DNA of 64,000 nt from Octopus sinensis (Eukaryota), in contig NC_043003.1 of the NCBI RefSeq assembly GCF_006345805.1, positions 116,498,001-116,562,000 of the forward strand. Reading direction: 5' to 3'. The notes under the pieces are model-generated. The model saw only the letters and a list, made by a program, of their open reading frames with translations. It was not told the DNA's origin and ran no database searches. Made by a program: the position numbers and the translations under genes. Positions within the stretch are counted from its first letter, which is position 1; the number at the start of each line of letters is the position of its first letter. Shown one piece after another: positions 51,915 through 64,000 of the stretch.

Positions 51915-52096
51915 TCGAAAACTACCATAGGAATGAGAACCCAGGTTCGAAATTTCCCCCAAGACACCTGATGAAGGGCGGAGAGTATATGAGCCGAAAC
52001 GTTGTGGTAACAAAAAACAAGATGAGGACAAATATCCGGAAATTATACATCATGTAAATAATGTATATATTTCCTCATCTCATAAATATAGAACTG
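51619..52096 (+). mobile_element. Composite hammerhead SINE (copy 3)
   Basis: Decayed tRNA head 51619-51690, (ATT)n/(AAT)n to ~51913, hammerhead GACAC-CTGATGA-AGGGCG…GAGCC-GAAAC-GTT-GTGGT at 51963-52008, same downstream tail as the other copies. Confidence 0.8.
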
Positions 52097-52779
52097 CAGT
52101 ACAACCAAATTGTAAATATTCACGTTGATTGGGGTAGTTTCTCAGCAATGAACTACACTAGTGTTTCCCCCAAAGAAGAGAGATTTTCCAAAATGAGTCT
52201 GAAAAAACATATTAAAAGCTATTTTCCGCAGAAGTTAGGGTACGAATACATGCAGTAATTTTTTCTTTTCTCAGCGAGCGCTGAAGAGATACTGGTCGGT
52301 AGTGTAACAGACTCGTTGATAACAAAACTCCATCGTCAACACAGTGATGTCAATACCGTGATAAATGAAGAACGATGTCCTTAGCAGATGTTTGTCACGA
52401 ATAAATAAATTGATGAAGCGGATTTTGTGTTTCTACATATTGTTCTACGTCTTTTCTGGATTAACGCAACCACCGAAGCATCGGGAATTTTGTCCACTTG
52501 TGTCATCAGATCAGAGAACATAATCTTAAGCCCACCTGGGGAATATAACCGCTAATCTCAAGCATAAGACTACAACCATGCTTCATTTCGTAATATACGC
52601 AAGCATACACAAACAATCACTTCAATGACAACATAATTTTATAACATGCATCCAAATACATTATGAACCCGGACTACAGAGGATGCATGTAGCTTCCATG
52701 TTAAAACATACATAAGGAACACATGGTATAAATAGCATCTTGTGTTCGTCATACCTTTTTCTATATATACAAATTAAAA

Positions 52780-53070
52780 TTGCGTGGTTTACTGGTTAGG
52801 CATATTCGATTGAGAAGTTATGACTTTGATACCCGACGGCGCGTTGTGTCACGTTTCTGCAGTCCAATCAGCTGGCAAAAAAGAGCTGTACTTGTAATTC
52901 GAGGGGCCAGCCGTGTCACATTCGGCGTCACGCTGAGTCCCCCTGAGAACTATGTAATGTACACACGTGTTTGTGGAATGCTCGGCCATTTGCACGTTAA
53001 TTCCAAGAGTAGGCTGTTCGTCGAATGTATCACTGGAACTTGTCGTCGTCGCTGACAGAGTGCCAGTTGT
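52780..53070 (+). mobile_element. Diverged relative of SINE family C
   Basis: Shares the TCACGCTGA…CCTGAGAACTA…CACGTTAATT…GGCTGTT central domain with 43896-44279. Confidence 0.7.
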
Positions 53071-53122
<52 letters not shown>

Positions 53123-53175
53123 ACACACACACACTCACACACACACACATACACACATATATGTATATATATATA

Positions 53176-53437
53176 CAGTTGCGGCCAAAATGTTCAGAAC
53201 GGCATTGTTTTCGTCAGAAAAGTCGGTATAAGTTTTTATCAAAGTTTTGCAGTAAATCACTATATCATCCATAACTTTTGTATTATCCACTTAAATTACA
53301 CCAAAATCTCAGACCACACCAATTAATATTGTATTTATTGTCCCTGAAAATTATAGAATATAAAACAACTTGAATAAAAATTTATACCTACTTTTCTGAC
53401 GAAAACAATGCCGTTCTGAACATTTTGGCCGCAACTC
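53176..53437. mobile_element. Tc1/mariner-type MITE
   Basis: ~55-bp TIRs starting CAGTTGCGGCCAAAATGTTCAGAACGGC; TA on both flanks. Confidence 0.9.
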
Positions 53438-53785
53438 TATATGCAGGGAGAGGAGAAGGGAGGGAAAGAGCATCAATATAACATGATTATTTTCACATCA
53501 TTTCTTAAGGTATCCGAAGGATTTTGATATTATACACAAAAACTATGTGGATAGAAACCAATCCCGTTACTCACGTCACAAGAAGCCAAAGTAAGGCGCA
53601 AGAACCAGCCATCCTCTTTATACTGTATTCCTAATAAGTTTCCAGCGCGAAAATGTACCTCACAATTTCTGCAGATGCTTAAGTATTTACATAATACGGG
53701 CTATTTTGCCGTCTAAAGAGAATTTATACTGATTTTAAGACAGGTATGATGAGTTATCGTCAATTTTATGATATTTTTAAGATTT

Positions 53786-54596
53786 TAAGATTTTTCTAAG
53801 ACTCGTACGCGAAAAGTGCGACGGTTTTAAAGGATAACACCAGAATAGAACAATAGATATGCATAGACCGCAAAACACCAGATTATATTTAATTGTCTAC
53901 TAGACAGATGAGACAATTTGAGGAGAGATATTAACATTCAATTTAAATTTATCCAATACAGGCCAGATCATTAATAGGATCTTTTCGGTTTGAACGGCAT
54001 TTTTTTCTAGCTGTGTCATATGAAATTTTCACCCATAATTATGACTCTAGTATCGATCTATTGCATTTCAATCTGTTTTAGGGTTAGGGTTAGTTAGGGT
54101 TTGGGGTAGGGAAAGGGTATCTTTTTTTCTTCAGAAATGTAATTAAACCCAATCTGTTTCTTAAACGAGGGACATATTCATACGGCACAGAATGTTTTTT
54201 TTACCCCAATAGATGTATTTGATTGGTTGAAATTGCAGAAATTGAAGAAAACAAAACAACGAATATCTTACAAACTATAGAATTTTCTCAATAAAGCCAA
54301 GAGAAAAAGATGTTTTATAAACACATTCTACCAGTATACGAAGTTTAAAATGTTTTAGTTACCTAGAAATTATGTTAAAAACGGCCGTTCAAACCGAAAA
54401 GATCCTAAGATTTTTCTAAGACTCGTACGCGAAAAGTGCGACGATTTTAAAGGATAACACTAGAATAGAACAATAGATACGTATAGACCGCAAAACACCA
54501 GATTATATTTAATTGTCTACAAGACAGATGAGACAATTTGAGGAGAGATATTAACATTCAATTTAAATTTACCCACTACATGCCAAATCATTAATG
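53786..54596 (+). repeat. 191-bp direct duplication (53786-53976 and 54406-54596) bracketing a MITE
   Basis: About 10 substitutions between the copies by eye; the MITE occupies exactly the junction. Confidence 0.9.
53977..54405. mobile_element. Second Merlin-like MITE copy
   Basis: Same TIRs and interior as 37313-37773, with a shorter TTAGGG tract. Confidence 0.85.
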
Positions 54597-55678
54597 TAAC
54601 GGCTTTGAAGGCAGAAAAGATGAAGACGACGGTGTCGAGATTAGAGCTAAGTATCTGTCGGAACACAGACTTACGCATCAGTGCTAACATCTACGGCAAT
54701 AACCATAGTGTGGATATTCCATTAACGCACGATTCCTTGTAATGACTTCATAACAGAAGAACACGGAAAATGTAGATATCACGTTCGAAATAGATATTTA
54801 ACAATGCAGAAATGTTACACGAAGGCAAAAAGAAAATAAATAATTGGTAAAATAACAGAAATTAAAATGAACTGAAGCTTCCTGTCTTTTCACTTTAGTT
54901 AACACCGACTCCATGAACATTTCATATATATTTTCATTTATATTCCTTTATATTTATTTGTGTTTTGTATTTATTTAATTCCTCCACTGCGTGGTAAATC
55001 GTATTTCTTTTTTAACTAGTATATTTTAACCTTATTTTATAATTATATTTTTATACATTTGAAATGCCTGAGTTCTCAAAAGATGTGAATCTTTCTTCTT
55101 TTCATTGCCACCAATTCGTTGTCTCTGAGCAGACCAATTATTTCATCGCGTTAGTTCACATGACAGACTAATGTTCGCTGAAATACGTTCGAATTTTATC
55201 CAGGGTGCAAATCATTTGTCACACATTACATAAAATTTCATTTAAAACCAGTCTCGTAGCTTTTAGAAATCAAGTCTGAACGTACTGTATTTTGTTAAAC
55301 TTCGGTGAATCTTTTTCCTTCTCTTCATGTCTGTTCAAATAGCATCAATTCTATATATGTCTTCCAAGTGTTTCCATTCTAAAATAACATTTTGTTCCTC
55401 CCACCATGGTACACTTGTATTATATTTTCTACTTATTAGATTAAAAAGGTATCTTCTTAGATACCTTTTATGTTATTTATTTATATTTTTTGTTGTAGTT
55501 TCAGCTCATCACTGCGGCCATGCTGATGCACCGCCGTTAATTTTAGCTATTTATTTTAGTTATTTATTTATATATTTATTGTAATTCTAGTTCAAATATT
55601 TCCGCTGGTCATGCTTTTCAGTTTAAGTATCACGTGACTTTTCCTAAGCTTGCATGTTTTTGAGTATAAAAGAAAGTT

Positions 55679-55714
<36 letters not shown>

Positions 55715-55716
55715 TT

Positions 55717-55949
55717 AGGCGGCGAGCTGGCAGAATCGTTAGCACGGCGGGCGAAATGCGTAGCCGTATTTCGTCTGCCGTTACGTTCTGGGTTCAAATT
55801 CCGCCGAGGTCGACTTTGCCTTTCATCCTTTCAGGGTCGATAAATTAAGTACCAGTTACGCACTGGGGTCGATGTAATCGACTTAATCCGTTTGTCTGTC
55901 CTTGTTTGTCCTCTCTGTGTTTAGCCCTTTGTGGGTAGTAAAGGAATAG
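55717..55949 (+). mobile_element. SINE family B
   Basis: Monomeric copy with head and body intact. Confidence 0.9.
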
Positions 55950-56132
55950 ATATATATATATACAGTTATATATTTTCTTGGTAAAATAAATTACAATTTA
56001 AGATTTGTTTTAAACGACGACTCAAGGAAATAAACCAGTAAGGGCGTTTCGGTTTCGAGGTTAAGCAATTCACTAAATTTAGATTTTATAAAATTTGGTG
56101 CCACTAGTCTATATATATGTAGGTTTAGCTAT

Positions 56133-56350
56133 ACTCTTTTTTACTCTTTTACGTGTTTCAGTCATTTGACTGCGGCCATGCTGGAGCACCGCCTTTAGTC
56201 GGGCAAATCGACCCCGGGACTTATTCTTTGTAAGCCCAGTACTTATTCTATCGTTGTCTTTTGCCGAACCACTTTGTAACGGGGACGTAAACACACCAGC
56301 ATCGGTTGTCAAGCAATGCTAGTGGGACAAGCACAGACACACAAACATAT
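56133..56350 (-). mobile_element. SINE family A, 3' half
   Basis: Tail and body up to the internal microsatellite; head absent. Confidence 0.85.
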
Positions 56351-56353
56351 ACA

Positions 56354-56464
<111 letters not shown>

Positions 56465-56783
56465 GTTTTAATATTTTCTCAAAAGAAGAGGTATAACTAG
56501 ATTCAAATGCGCAAGGTTTGGTCTATGAGTATTCAGTTATTCACGGAGAGAAAATAGTTAGTCTAATGTCGTAGTCTTTTCTTATTTTTTATTTTGGTCT
56601 TTTGAATCGCTTCGGCCAGTGGCCCCAGCACGGCCTTGAAGGGTTTAGCCGAAAAACATCGGCAATAGTACTTATAGGATTAAGTCTGCTACCTACTCTA
56701 TCGCTTACTTTACTCTATAGCTTACTTTACATACGTACATACATACATACATACATACATACATACATACATACATACATACA

Positions 56784-56819
<36 letters not shown>

Positions 56820-57072
56820 TATACGTAGATGAATAATGAACATACTACTATCATGCTCTTAAGAATGAAATCAACCTCTCTGTCTATATATCTACCCTCT
56901 TAATAATGTTGGCAAATGACATAGAGATAAAATGTGCATTGTCCGTTTAATTCTATATGTGGCTGAAGATTGCTCGACATTTTAAAACGGATGTAATACT
57001 TACAGTGTTTAATAAAATGAAGTAGCATAAAACATTTGTACTACTCTACCTTGGATATCCTTTTTGTATATC

Positions 57073-57402
57073 ATGGCTCAGTGGTTAGAGCGTCGAGCTT
57101 ACGATCGTGAGGTTGTGAGCTCGAATCCCGGACCGGGCTGCGTGTTGTGTTCTTGAGCAAAGCACTTTATTTCACGTTGCTCCAGTTCACTCAGGTGTAG
57201 AAATGAGTTGCGACGTCACTGGTGCCAAGCTGTATCGACCTTTCTCTTTCCCTTGGATAACACTGGTGGCGTGGAGAGGGGAGGCTGGTATGCATGGGCG
57301 ACTGCTGGTCTTCCATAAACAACCTTGCCCGGACTTGTGTCTAGGAGGGTAACTTTCTAGGTGCAATCCCATGGTCATTCATGACCGAAGGGGGTCTTTA
57401 CC

Positions 57403-57406
<4 letters not shown>
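57073..57406 (+). mobile_element. CORE-type tRNA SINE family D
   Basis: TGGCTCAGTGGTTAGAGCG…CTCGAATCCC head, CORE-like segment, GTCTTTACCCTT end. Confidence 0.9.
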
Positions 57407-57461
<55 letters not shown>

Positions 57462-57517
57462 TGTATGTATGTATGTATGTATGTATGTGTGTATGTATGA
57501 ACGTCTGTATACATATA

Positions 57518-57554
<37 letters not shown>

Positions 57555-58011
57555 TATATATATATATATATACATGCATATATATATATTATATATATAT
57601 ATATATATATACATAAATACATACATTTATACATCCATCCATACATACAATGCATATATACATGAAATAATGTGGTTTTCACGTAGTTTCCATCTAACGA
57701 ATACACTCATAAGGCATTGGTCGTCCGGCGGATATCAAAGAAAGCATTTTCCCAATCAGTGACAGTGAGTTTGAAACCACGCTTTTGCAAAGTTATCTTC
57801 TTAATTTGAGTCATCCGGAAAACCTTTTAGTTTTTCTTTGTCGTTTTCTCATAGTCCCAACGCATCTATGATCCAAACTTTGTCTCCCAGATATCGTCCT
57901 GTTGTAAGCATAGTATATCAAGGACTACATTTACGGTTATGTTTTCATGTTAGGACTGTAAGTCTGATTTCAATCAGGTTTGGTTCTTTTAAAAAGTAGG
58001 TTGATTTACTG

Positions 58012-58494
58012 CATAGGATCTGGTCATCAAATCTAAGTAGAGACTTCAAACTTGAAATCTTCAAAGCCACAGTCGAACCAATTCTACTCTATGGCTCAGA
58101 AACCTGGACGTGATCAAAGAAGCTTGAGAGGCGGTTGGATGGAACTTACACTCGCCTCCTTATGAGAGCTCAAAATCTCTCGTGGAAGCGCCATCCAACC
58201 AAAATGCAAATATATGGGAAACTACCACCTGTGACATCTCTTGTGAAAGGTAAGAGAGTCCAGTTTGCTGGACATTGTTGTAGAGCTGAAAAAGAGGCAA
58301 TTTCTACTCTTCTCCTCTGGAAGCCATTTACTCGCAATACCAGAGGGCGCACACTCTCCTACCCTGATGTAATCTCCAGGGATACAGGCATCCAACAACA
58401 AGACCTCCGTAATGCCATGATGGACCGTGAAGTCTGGCGTAGCATGGTAAATTCCATTCTCTCGACCACGATCGAACAACGATGATGATGATTT
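58012..58494 (+). mobile_element. RTE-clade LINE 3' fragment
   Basis: HRIWSSNLSRDFKLEIFKATVEPILLYGSETWT*SKKLERRLDGTYTRLLMRAQNLSWKRH…QFAGHC…MMDREVWR…EQR*, then a (GAT)n tail. Confidence 0.92.
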
Positions 58495-59593
58495 ATGCTG
58501 GTATATGCTGCCATTTTGGCTCGCTGTATTTTAAATAGGCTTATGTTTAATTAGTTTTTAATGTTGATTTGGCATCGAGTACTATAAATATATATTCTAA
58601 ACATGCTGTGGGTTATGAAGTTAATAGTTTTAGTTTAAAAATTTCACTAATATCAGTTGATTTATTGATAATATTAGGTAAGAAGTTTGAAACTCCATAT
58701 TTACGTTGCTTTCGTTAATCACTTTGCTAAACGCTCATTAATCAACATATTTACTCTGTAAATAGCTGAAATTAATTATAGAATGACGATAAGCTTAGGA
58801 ATAGAAGTTCTTAATTAGAATATAATCCTGTATTATTATATAAAGATAGCAGAATTTGATCCCTGATGATGAACGCAAATCAGAAGTATCAAAATTTAGT
58901 GTAGATGCTTAGAGTAAAAATATGTTTCACCCTTAAAGAAGAAGCTAATAGTCTGAGCAATTCTAATCATATGGATCTATTTAGCGTTGCAAGAATATCT
59001 GTACGTCTCCTATTTGTAAACACGCCAAATCATACGTTCCTAGCAAACTTATGTGTTATTTCAACTTGTTTACACTCCGTTACTTCTCACGAATGTGCAG
59101 CGTATGCATCTACCACCTACCTGTTTTGATTTTAACGGAATAAGATCGTGGATTATTTTTTATTAAGAGTTCACATCCTTGAAACATGCATCACGTTTAA
59201 TTATTCGTCTAATTAAATATATTTGTAATGCAAAAAAATGCAAATGTATTTCAGAAATTAGTTTTGAGGAATGTGACTCAAAGGTAATTTATCTCCCGCG
59301 GGTTGAGATGCTGTTTTATCACAATTGAGTCAATGTAAGGTTTACAATTAAAAAATACATTGAGCGTAATAGAGAGAAATTATAGGATCATAAAGTTCTT
59401 TATAAATAAGAGACGGAACTGCCTCAAATCATAAAGGATCGCCCTTTAAAAAGGTAGTGTACAGTCGAAAGATTTTATAATCCTTAAATTTGATAGATAA
59501 AGGATGAAAGTTAAACAATAATATCCTAAAATAACTGTACACTTACACAAGAAATTGTTTCTGAAATACGAGCATGGGAAGATGAGGAATATA

Positions 59594-59825
59594 TATTTCT
59601 TATCTACCCACAAGGGGCTAAACACAGAGGAGACAAACAAGGACAGACAAAGGGATTAAGTCGATTACATCGACCCCAGTGCGAAACTGGTACTTAATTT
59701 ATCGACCCCGAAAGGATGAAAGGCACAGTCGACCTCGGCGTAATTTGAACTCAGAACGTAGCTGCAGACGAAATACCGCTAAGCATTTCGCCCGGCGTGC
59801 TAACGTTTCTGCCAGCTCGCCGCCT
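59594..59825 (-). mobile_element. SINE family B
   Basis: Reverse copy of 55717-55949. Confidence 0.88.
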
Positions 59826-60571
59826 TCAAAGAAGAGGAATATAATGATAAGGATTCCTCTGAGAGAAATATGGTTTCCAGCGAGAAAAGCATTTCCTCTC
59901 AGACATTGAACTCAGACCTCGTTTGTAAAAATTCTCAATATGTGTTGATTCCATTTATGTATCTAGGTTCATTATTTTCTCTATATTTTTGCTTTGTTTT
60001 TGCTATGGTTATTAGATATTATCGATTATTTTCAATTTATGCCTTATTTAATTACCTTCCAAAAGTTCCGCTTATAATTTGTTATATTTTACAAATTTAT
60101 CTACCTTTTCTTTATTTTCATTCAATTTAAGATATATTTACATTTATGTATTTGTTTATTATTTCTACTTCCATTTTTCTTTCTCTTCTCTTTCAGCGTT
60201 TCTATTCACTCAAAGACTCTCTGCTTCATAGTTCCCCAACCACATCGATTCACATGTGGCTGAAACACATTTGCAACGATGGTCTTCAATTACTCTTCGG
60301 ACTTTAAGTTTTATATTTACATAAACATAAATCTCAAATCTATAAAACTAAAGTTCACAGAGTTTATTTTATTTTCATTGTTGATTTTATTTTTCAGTTT
60401 ATATATTAAATTATTTATTGTTATGTTGAAAGATATTCACGATTTTAAATTAGCATTTCATAATTGTTTGTTTATTCATGTTTTGTTCAACATACTCAAA
60501 TTTCTTCTTTTTTTCATGTTATGTGTGTGTGTGTGTGTGTGCAAACCTACATATATGTAAATGTATATAAA

Positions 60572-60634
<63 letters not shown>

Positions 60635-60735
60635 TGTAGATATACGTGTATATATGTAGATATATGTGCATATATGTATGGATATATGAAGATATACGTG
60701 CTTGTATGTGTGCATATCTATATGTATATACATAC

Positions 60736-60767
<32 letters not shown>

Positions 60768-60823
60768 TATATATATATATATAATATATACACATATATG
60801 TACATATATATACACACACACAC

Positions 60824-60859
<36 letters not shown>

Positions 60860-61280
60860 CTGTGTCTGTGTCTGTGTGTGAAAAGAAAGAGTGAAGGAGG
60901 AAGACAGAGAGTGAGAGATGAAAAGGAGAAAGTATCTCAGTGATATGCTAATGATTATATACACTGTTACAACTATATATATATATATTTACATACATAC
61001 ATACGCACGCGCACCCAGATACATACATATCTAATGCATACGTACGCACACACGCACACATACACACACATATATATATATATATACCATTATCATCATC
61101 ATCATCATCATTTTCATGAATATCATCTCCATCGTCATCATAATGCTTCTTCTCCTCCTCCTCCTCATCATCATCATGATCATCATTATTATTATTATTT
61201 ATATTTTTATTTTTATTATCATTATCATTATTATTATTATTTATATTTTTATATCATTATTATTATTATTATTATTATTA

Positions 61281-61328
<48 letters not shown>

Positions 61329-62264
61329 GATTATTATTATTATTATTATGCATTTTGTTCTTCCTTCAATTTGGTTTCCCTTTCTTGCCGTGTGTCTGTG
61401 TTTGCAATTCGATGTAGGAAATTCGTTAATTAAGATCCAATTTTCGAATCATATAATTATTTTCCATTTACTTTTTCCTGAATTTATAAAATTCTTTTCT
61501 CATCGTTTCTTCTATTTATTTAGTTGTTGTTATTTGTTTTGTTTTGTTTTTTTTCTTTTCTTGCATTTAATCTTTTCCCCGCACAGAATGTCACGTCTTT
61601 ACATGGAGAATGCTTCGTTGCACTGCACCGTTTTTATCTTCATTAGTAAAGTTGTGTGTTGTTTTTGCATCATCGTCATCATTAACAAAATATATCAAGT
61701 GCATCATCATCATCACCATCATTGTCATCCTCCTTCCCCTCCTCGTCCTCCTCTTCATAATCATCATTATCATCTTTGACATCATCATCATCATTGTCAT
61801 GCTCACTATCGCTATCATCATCATCATCGTCATCATCACCATCTTCATTCTCACCTTCCTCATAAGAACATTGTCAGCGTCATCAGCATCCACTTCCTAC
61901 GCATTCCCGTCTCGTTCCATATGTTCATCCTCAGGTTTCTTACCCTTCCTTTAACCATAGTTTGTATTGTGTTTTACAATAACATTATTTTTTCTTTCGT
62001 CAGTCCTCTTTTAATGGTCATCATAAATACCAGACATATCAGTTGGGAGAAGTATACAGAATCGCCATATCGTATGGTCACTAATTGCATCTACTTAGTT
62101 TCTGTGTTCCAGTCCTTACGATCAGACATTGCACTTCGGCCTTTCTGGGGTTCGATAGAGTGTTTGATTATCAAATACTGAAGGTTAATATAACTCTCCC
62201 CCTTTACCCATAACAATCGTGTAGCTGCACCATTTCGTTTTACCAGTTATGACCTTCTCCTTAA

Positions 62265-62643
62265 GCACTCCGTCGGTTACGACGGCGAGGGTTCCGGTTG
62301 ATCAGAATCAACGGAACAGCCTGCTCGTGAAATTAACGTGTAAGTGGCTGAGCACTCCACAGACACGTGTACCCTTAACGTAGTTCTCGGGGATATTCAG
62401 CGTGACACAGAGAGTGACAAGGCCGGCCCTTTGAAATACAGGTACAACAGAAACAGGAAGTAAGAGTGAGAGAAAGTTGTGGTGAAAGAGTACAGCAGGG
62501 ATCACCACCATCCCCTGCCGAAGCCTCGTGGAGCTTTTAGGTGTTTTCGCTCAATAAACACTCACAACGCCCGGTCTGGGAATCGAAACCGCGATCCCAT
62601 GACCGCGAGTCCGCTGCCCTAACCACTGGGCCATTGCTCCTCC
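62265..62643 (-). mobile_element. SINE family C
   Basis: Near-identical to 43896-44279. Confidence 0.9.
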
Positions 62644-63085
62644 ACTTTACCAGTTATAATCAGTGGTGTCAAAGCAGATGCGGAATACCAGGAGCGAAGA
62701 ATAAAAAAAAGGGAAGTGGAAGAAACATGTAGAAATGGTGAGCAGAAATGAAAACTACTCTCGAACGGAAGCATGAATATGCGTCTTCCCACCAGGCACT
62801 TGTTATCTTTTTTAGGTCCCTTATTAGGTTTGGTTGTTTTTTCCTCGTCGCCGTCATTACCAGATCTTCAGACGATTTACCTTGAAAGATTTGTTAACTG
62901 TAATAAGGGCATATTTAAGTTACATACATACTCACAGCACCAAGGCTGGCAACGGGAACTTTACAGGTTTCGGAAGCATTTCGAAAGCTCGCTCTTTCCC
63001 CAATGTCTTTCAGATATTGCAGCTAAAGGTTGAGGCACATCAGAAGATCTTTCAATGGCGGCATAATAACCATTTATCTGCCAAT

Positions 63086-63316
63086 ACTCTCTTTACTCTT
63101 TACACTTTTACTTGTTTCAGTCATTTGACTGTGGCCATGCTGGAGCACCACCTTTAGTCGAGCAAATCGACCCCGGGATTTTTCTTTGTAAGCCCAGTAC
63201 ATATTCTATCGGTCTCTTTTTGCCGAACCGCTAAGTGACGGGGACATGAACACACCAGCATCGGTTGTCAAGCGATGGTGGGGGGAGGGACAAACACAGA
63301 CACACAAACACACACA

Positions 63317-63354
<38 letters not shown>

Positions 63355-63519
63355 TACGACGGGCTTCTTTCATTTTCTGTCTACCAAATCCACTCTCAAG
63401 ACTTTGGTCGGCCCGAGACTATAGCAGAAGACATTTGCCCAAGGTTCCACGCAGTGGGACTGAACCCGGAACCATGTGGTTGGTAAGCAAGCTACTTACC
63501 ACACAGCCACTCCTGCGCC
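63086..63519 (-). mobile_element. SINE family A
   Basis: Full-length reverse copy. Confidence 0.9.
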
Positions 63520-63887
63520 TATACTATGTATTGATTTGTGAAAAAACTTATAAAGGCTGAGATAAATGTGACAAATGAATGTGATATTTAATTGTTATGA
63601 ATTTCCGAGACTTCCATTCCCTCTTCTTTTTCGAATTCGTAAAAACTGAGAAAATAGAGATTTGCTGATTCATAGTGGTGAATAAAACAATCAATTCCAC
63701 TCAACACCATCTAATTGATGAGACGAGTTCCTGATATGTTAATTAAAAAAAAAAAAACAATCTAACTTACCTCCCACCTTCATCTATCCATCACCGCTTG
63801 TCATAAAGATTTGTTCTTCTAAATTTAAAATGTACAAACTAGACGTGGTGATGGAACATACAAGAGTCATATCTACATACATAAATT

Positions 63888-64000
63888 AGACGGTGAGCTG
63901 GCAGAGTTGTTAGCACGCCGGACAAAATGTTTTGCCTTATTTCGTCCGTTTTTACGTTCTGAATTCAAATTCCACCGAGATCGACTTTGCCTTTCATTGC
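63888..64000 (+). mobile_element. SINE family B, cut by the window edge
   Basis: Head plus GTTCTGAATTCAAATTCC…GTCGACTTTGCCTTTCA-like body start. Confidence 0.8.

Noticed and set aside
58855-58895. Hammerhead-like CTGATGA-TGA…TCA-GAAG
   Set aside because: GAAG replaces GAAA, there is no palindromic helix III, and stem I is out of register.
62935-63030. HTH_psq/pogo-like peptide LQYLKDIGERASFRNASETCKVPVASLGA on the minus strand with a GTGAGT donor
   Set aside because: The resemblance is too short and weak, with no supporting downstream transposase sequence.

Overview
AT-rich, microsatellite-dense animal genomic DNA, most likely an octopus. That assignment is inferred from recalled octopus SINE families and was not verified by search. 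No host protein-coding gene can be supported, and almost all ORFs in the supplied track are microsatellite artefacts, so the window looks intronic or intergenic. It holds at least five tRNA-derived SINE families and decayed LINE fragments: three RTE 3' ends (one uncertain), a CR1/L2 RT piece, an R4/Dong 3' end in an (AAT)n nest, and a putative L1/Tx1-like 5' end with ORF1. DNA-transposon remnants include two mariner pieces, MITEs of Tc1-, piggyBac- and Merlin-like type, and a non-autonomous Helitron. There is one 100-N gap. The most notable hidden signal is a set of minimal type I hammerhead ribozyme motifs with palindromic helix III, the Penelope-associated dimer-cleaving type, in about five unrelated repeat families. 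Three copies form one composite element: Pol III tRNA head, (AAT)n spacer and hammerhead-bearing tail. This looks like a SINE with a Penelope-type tail.
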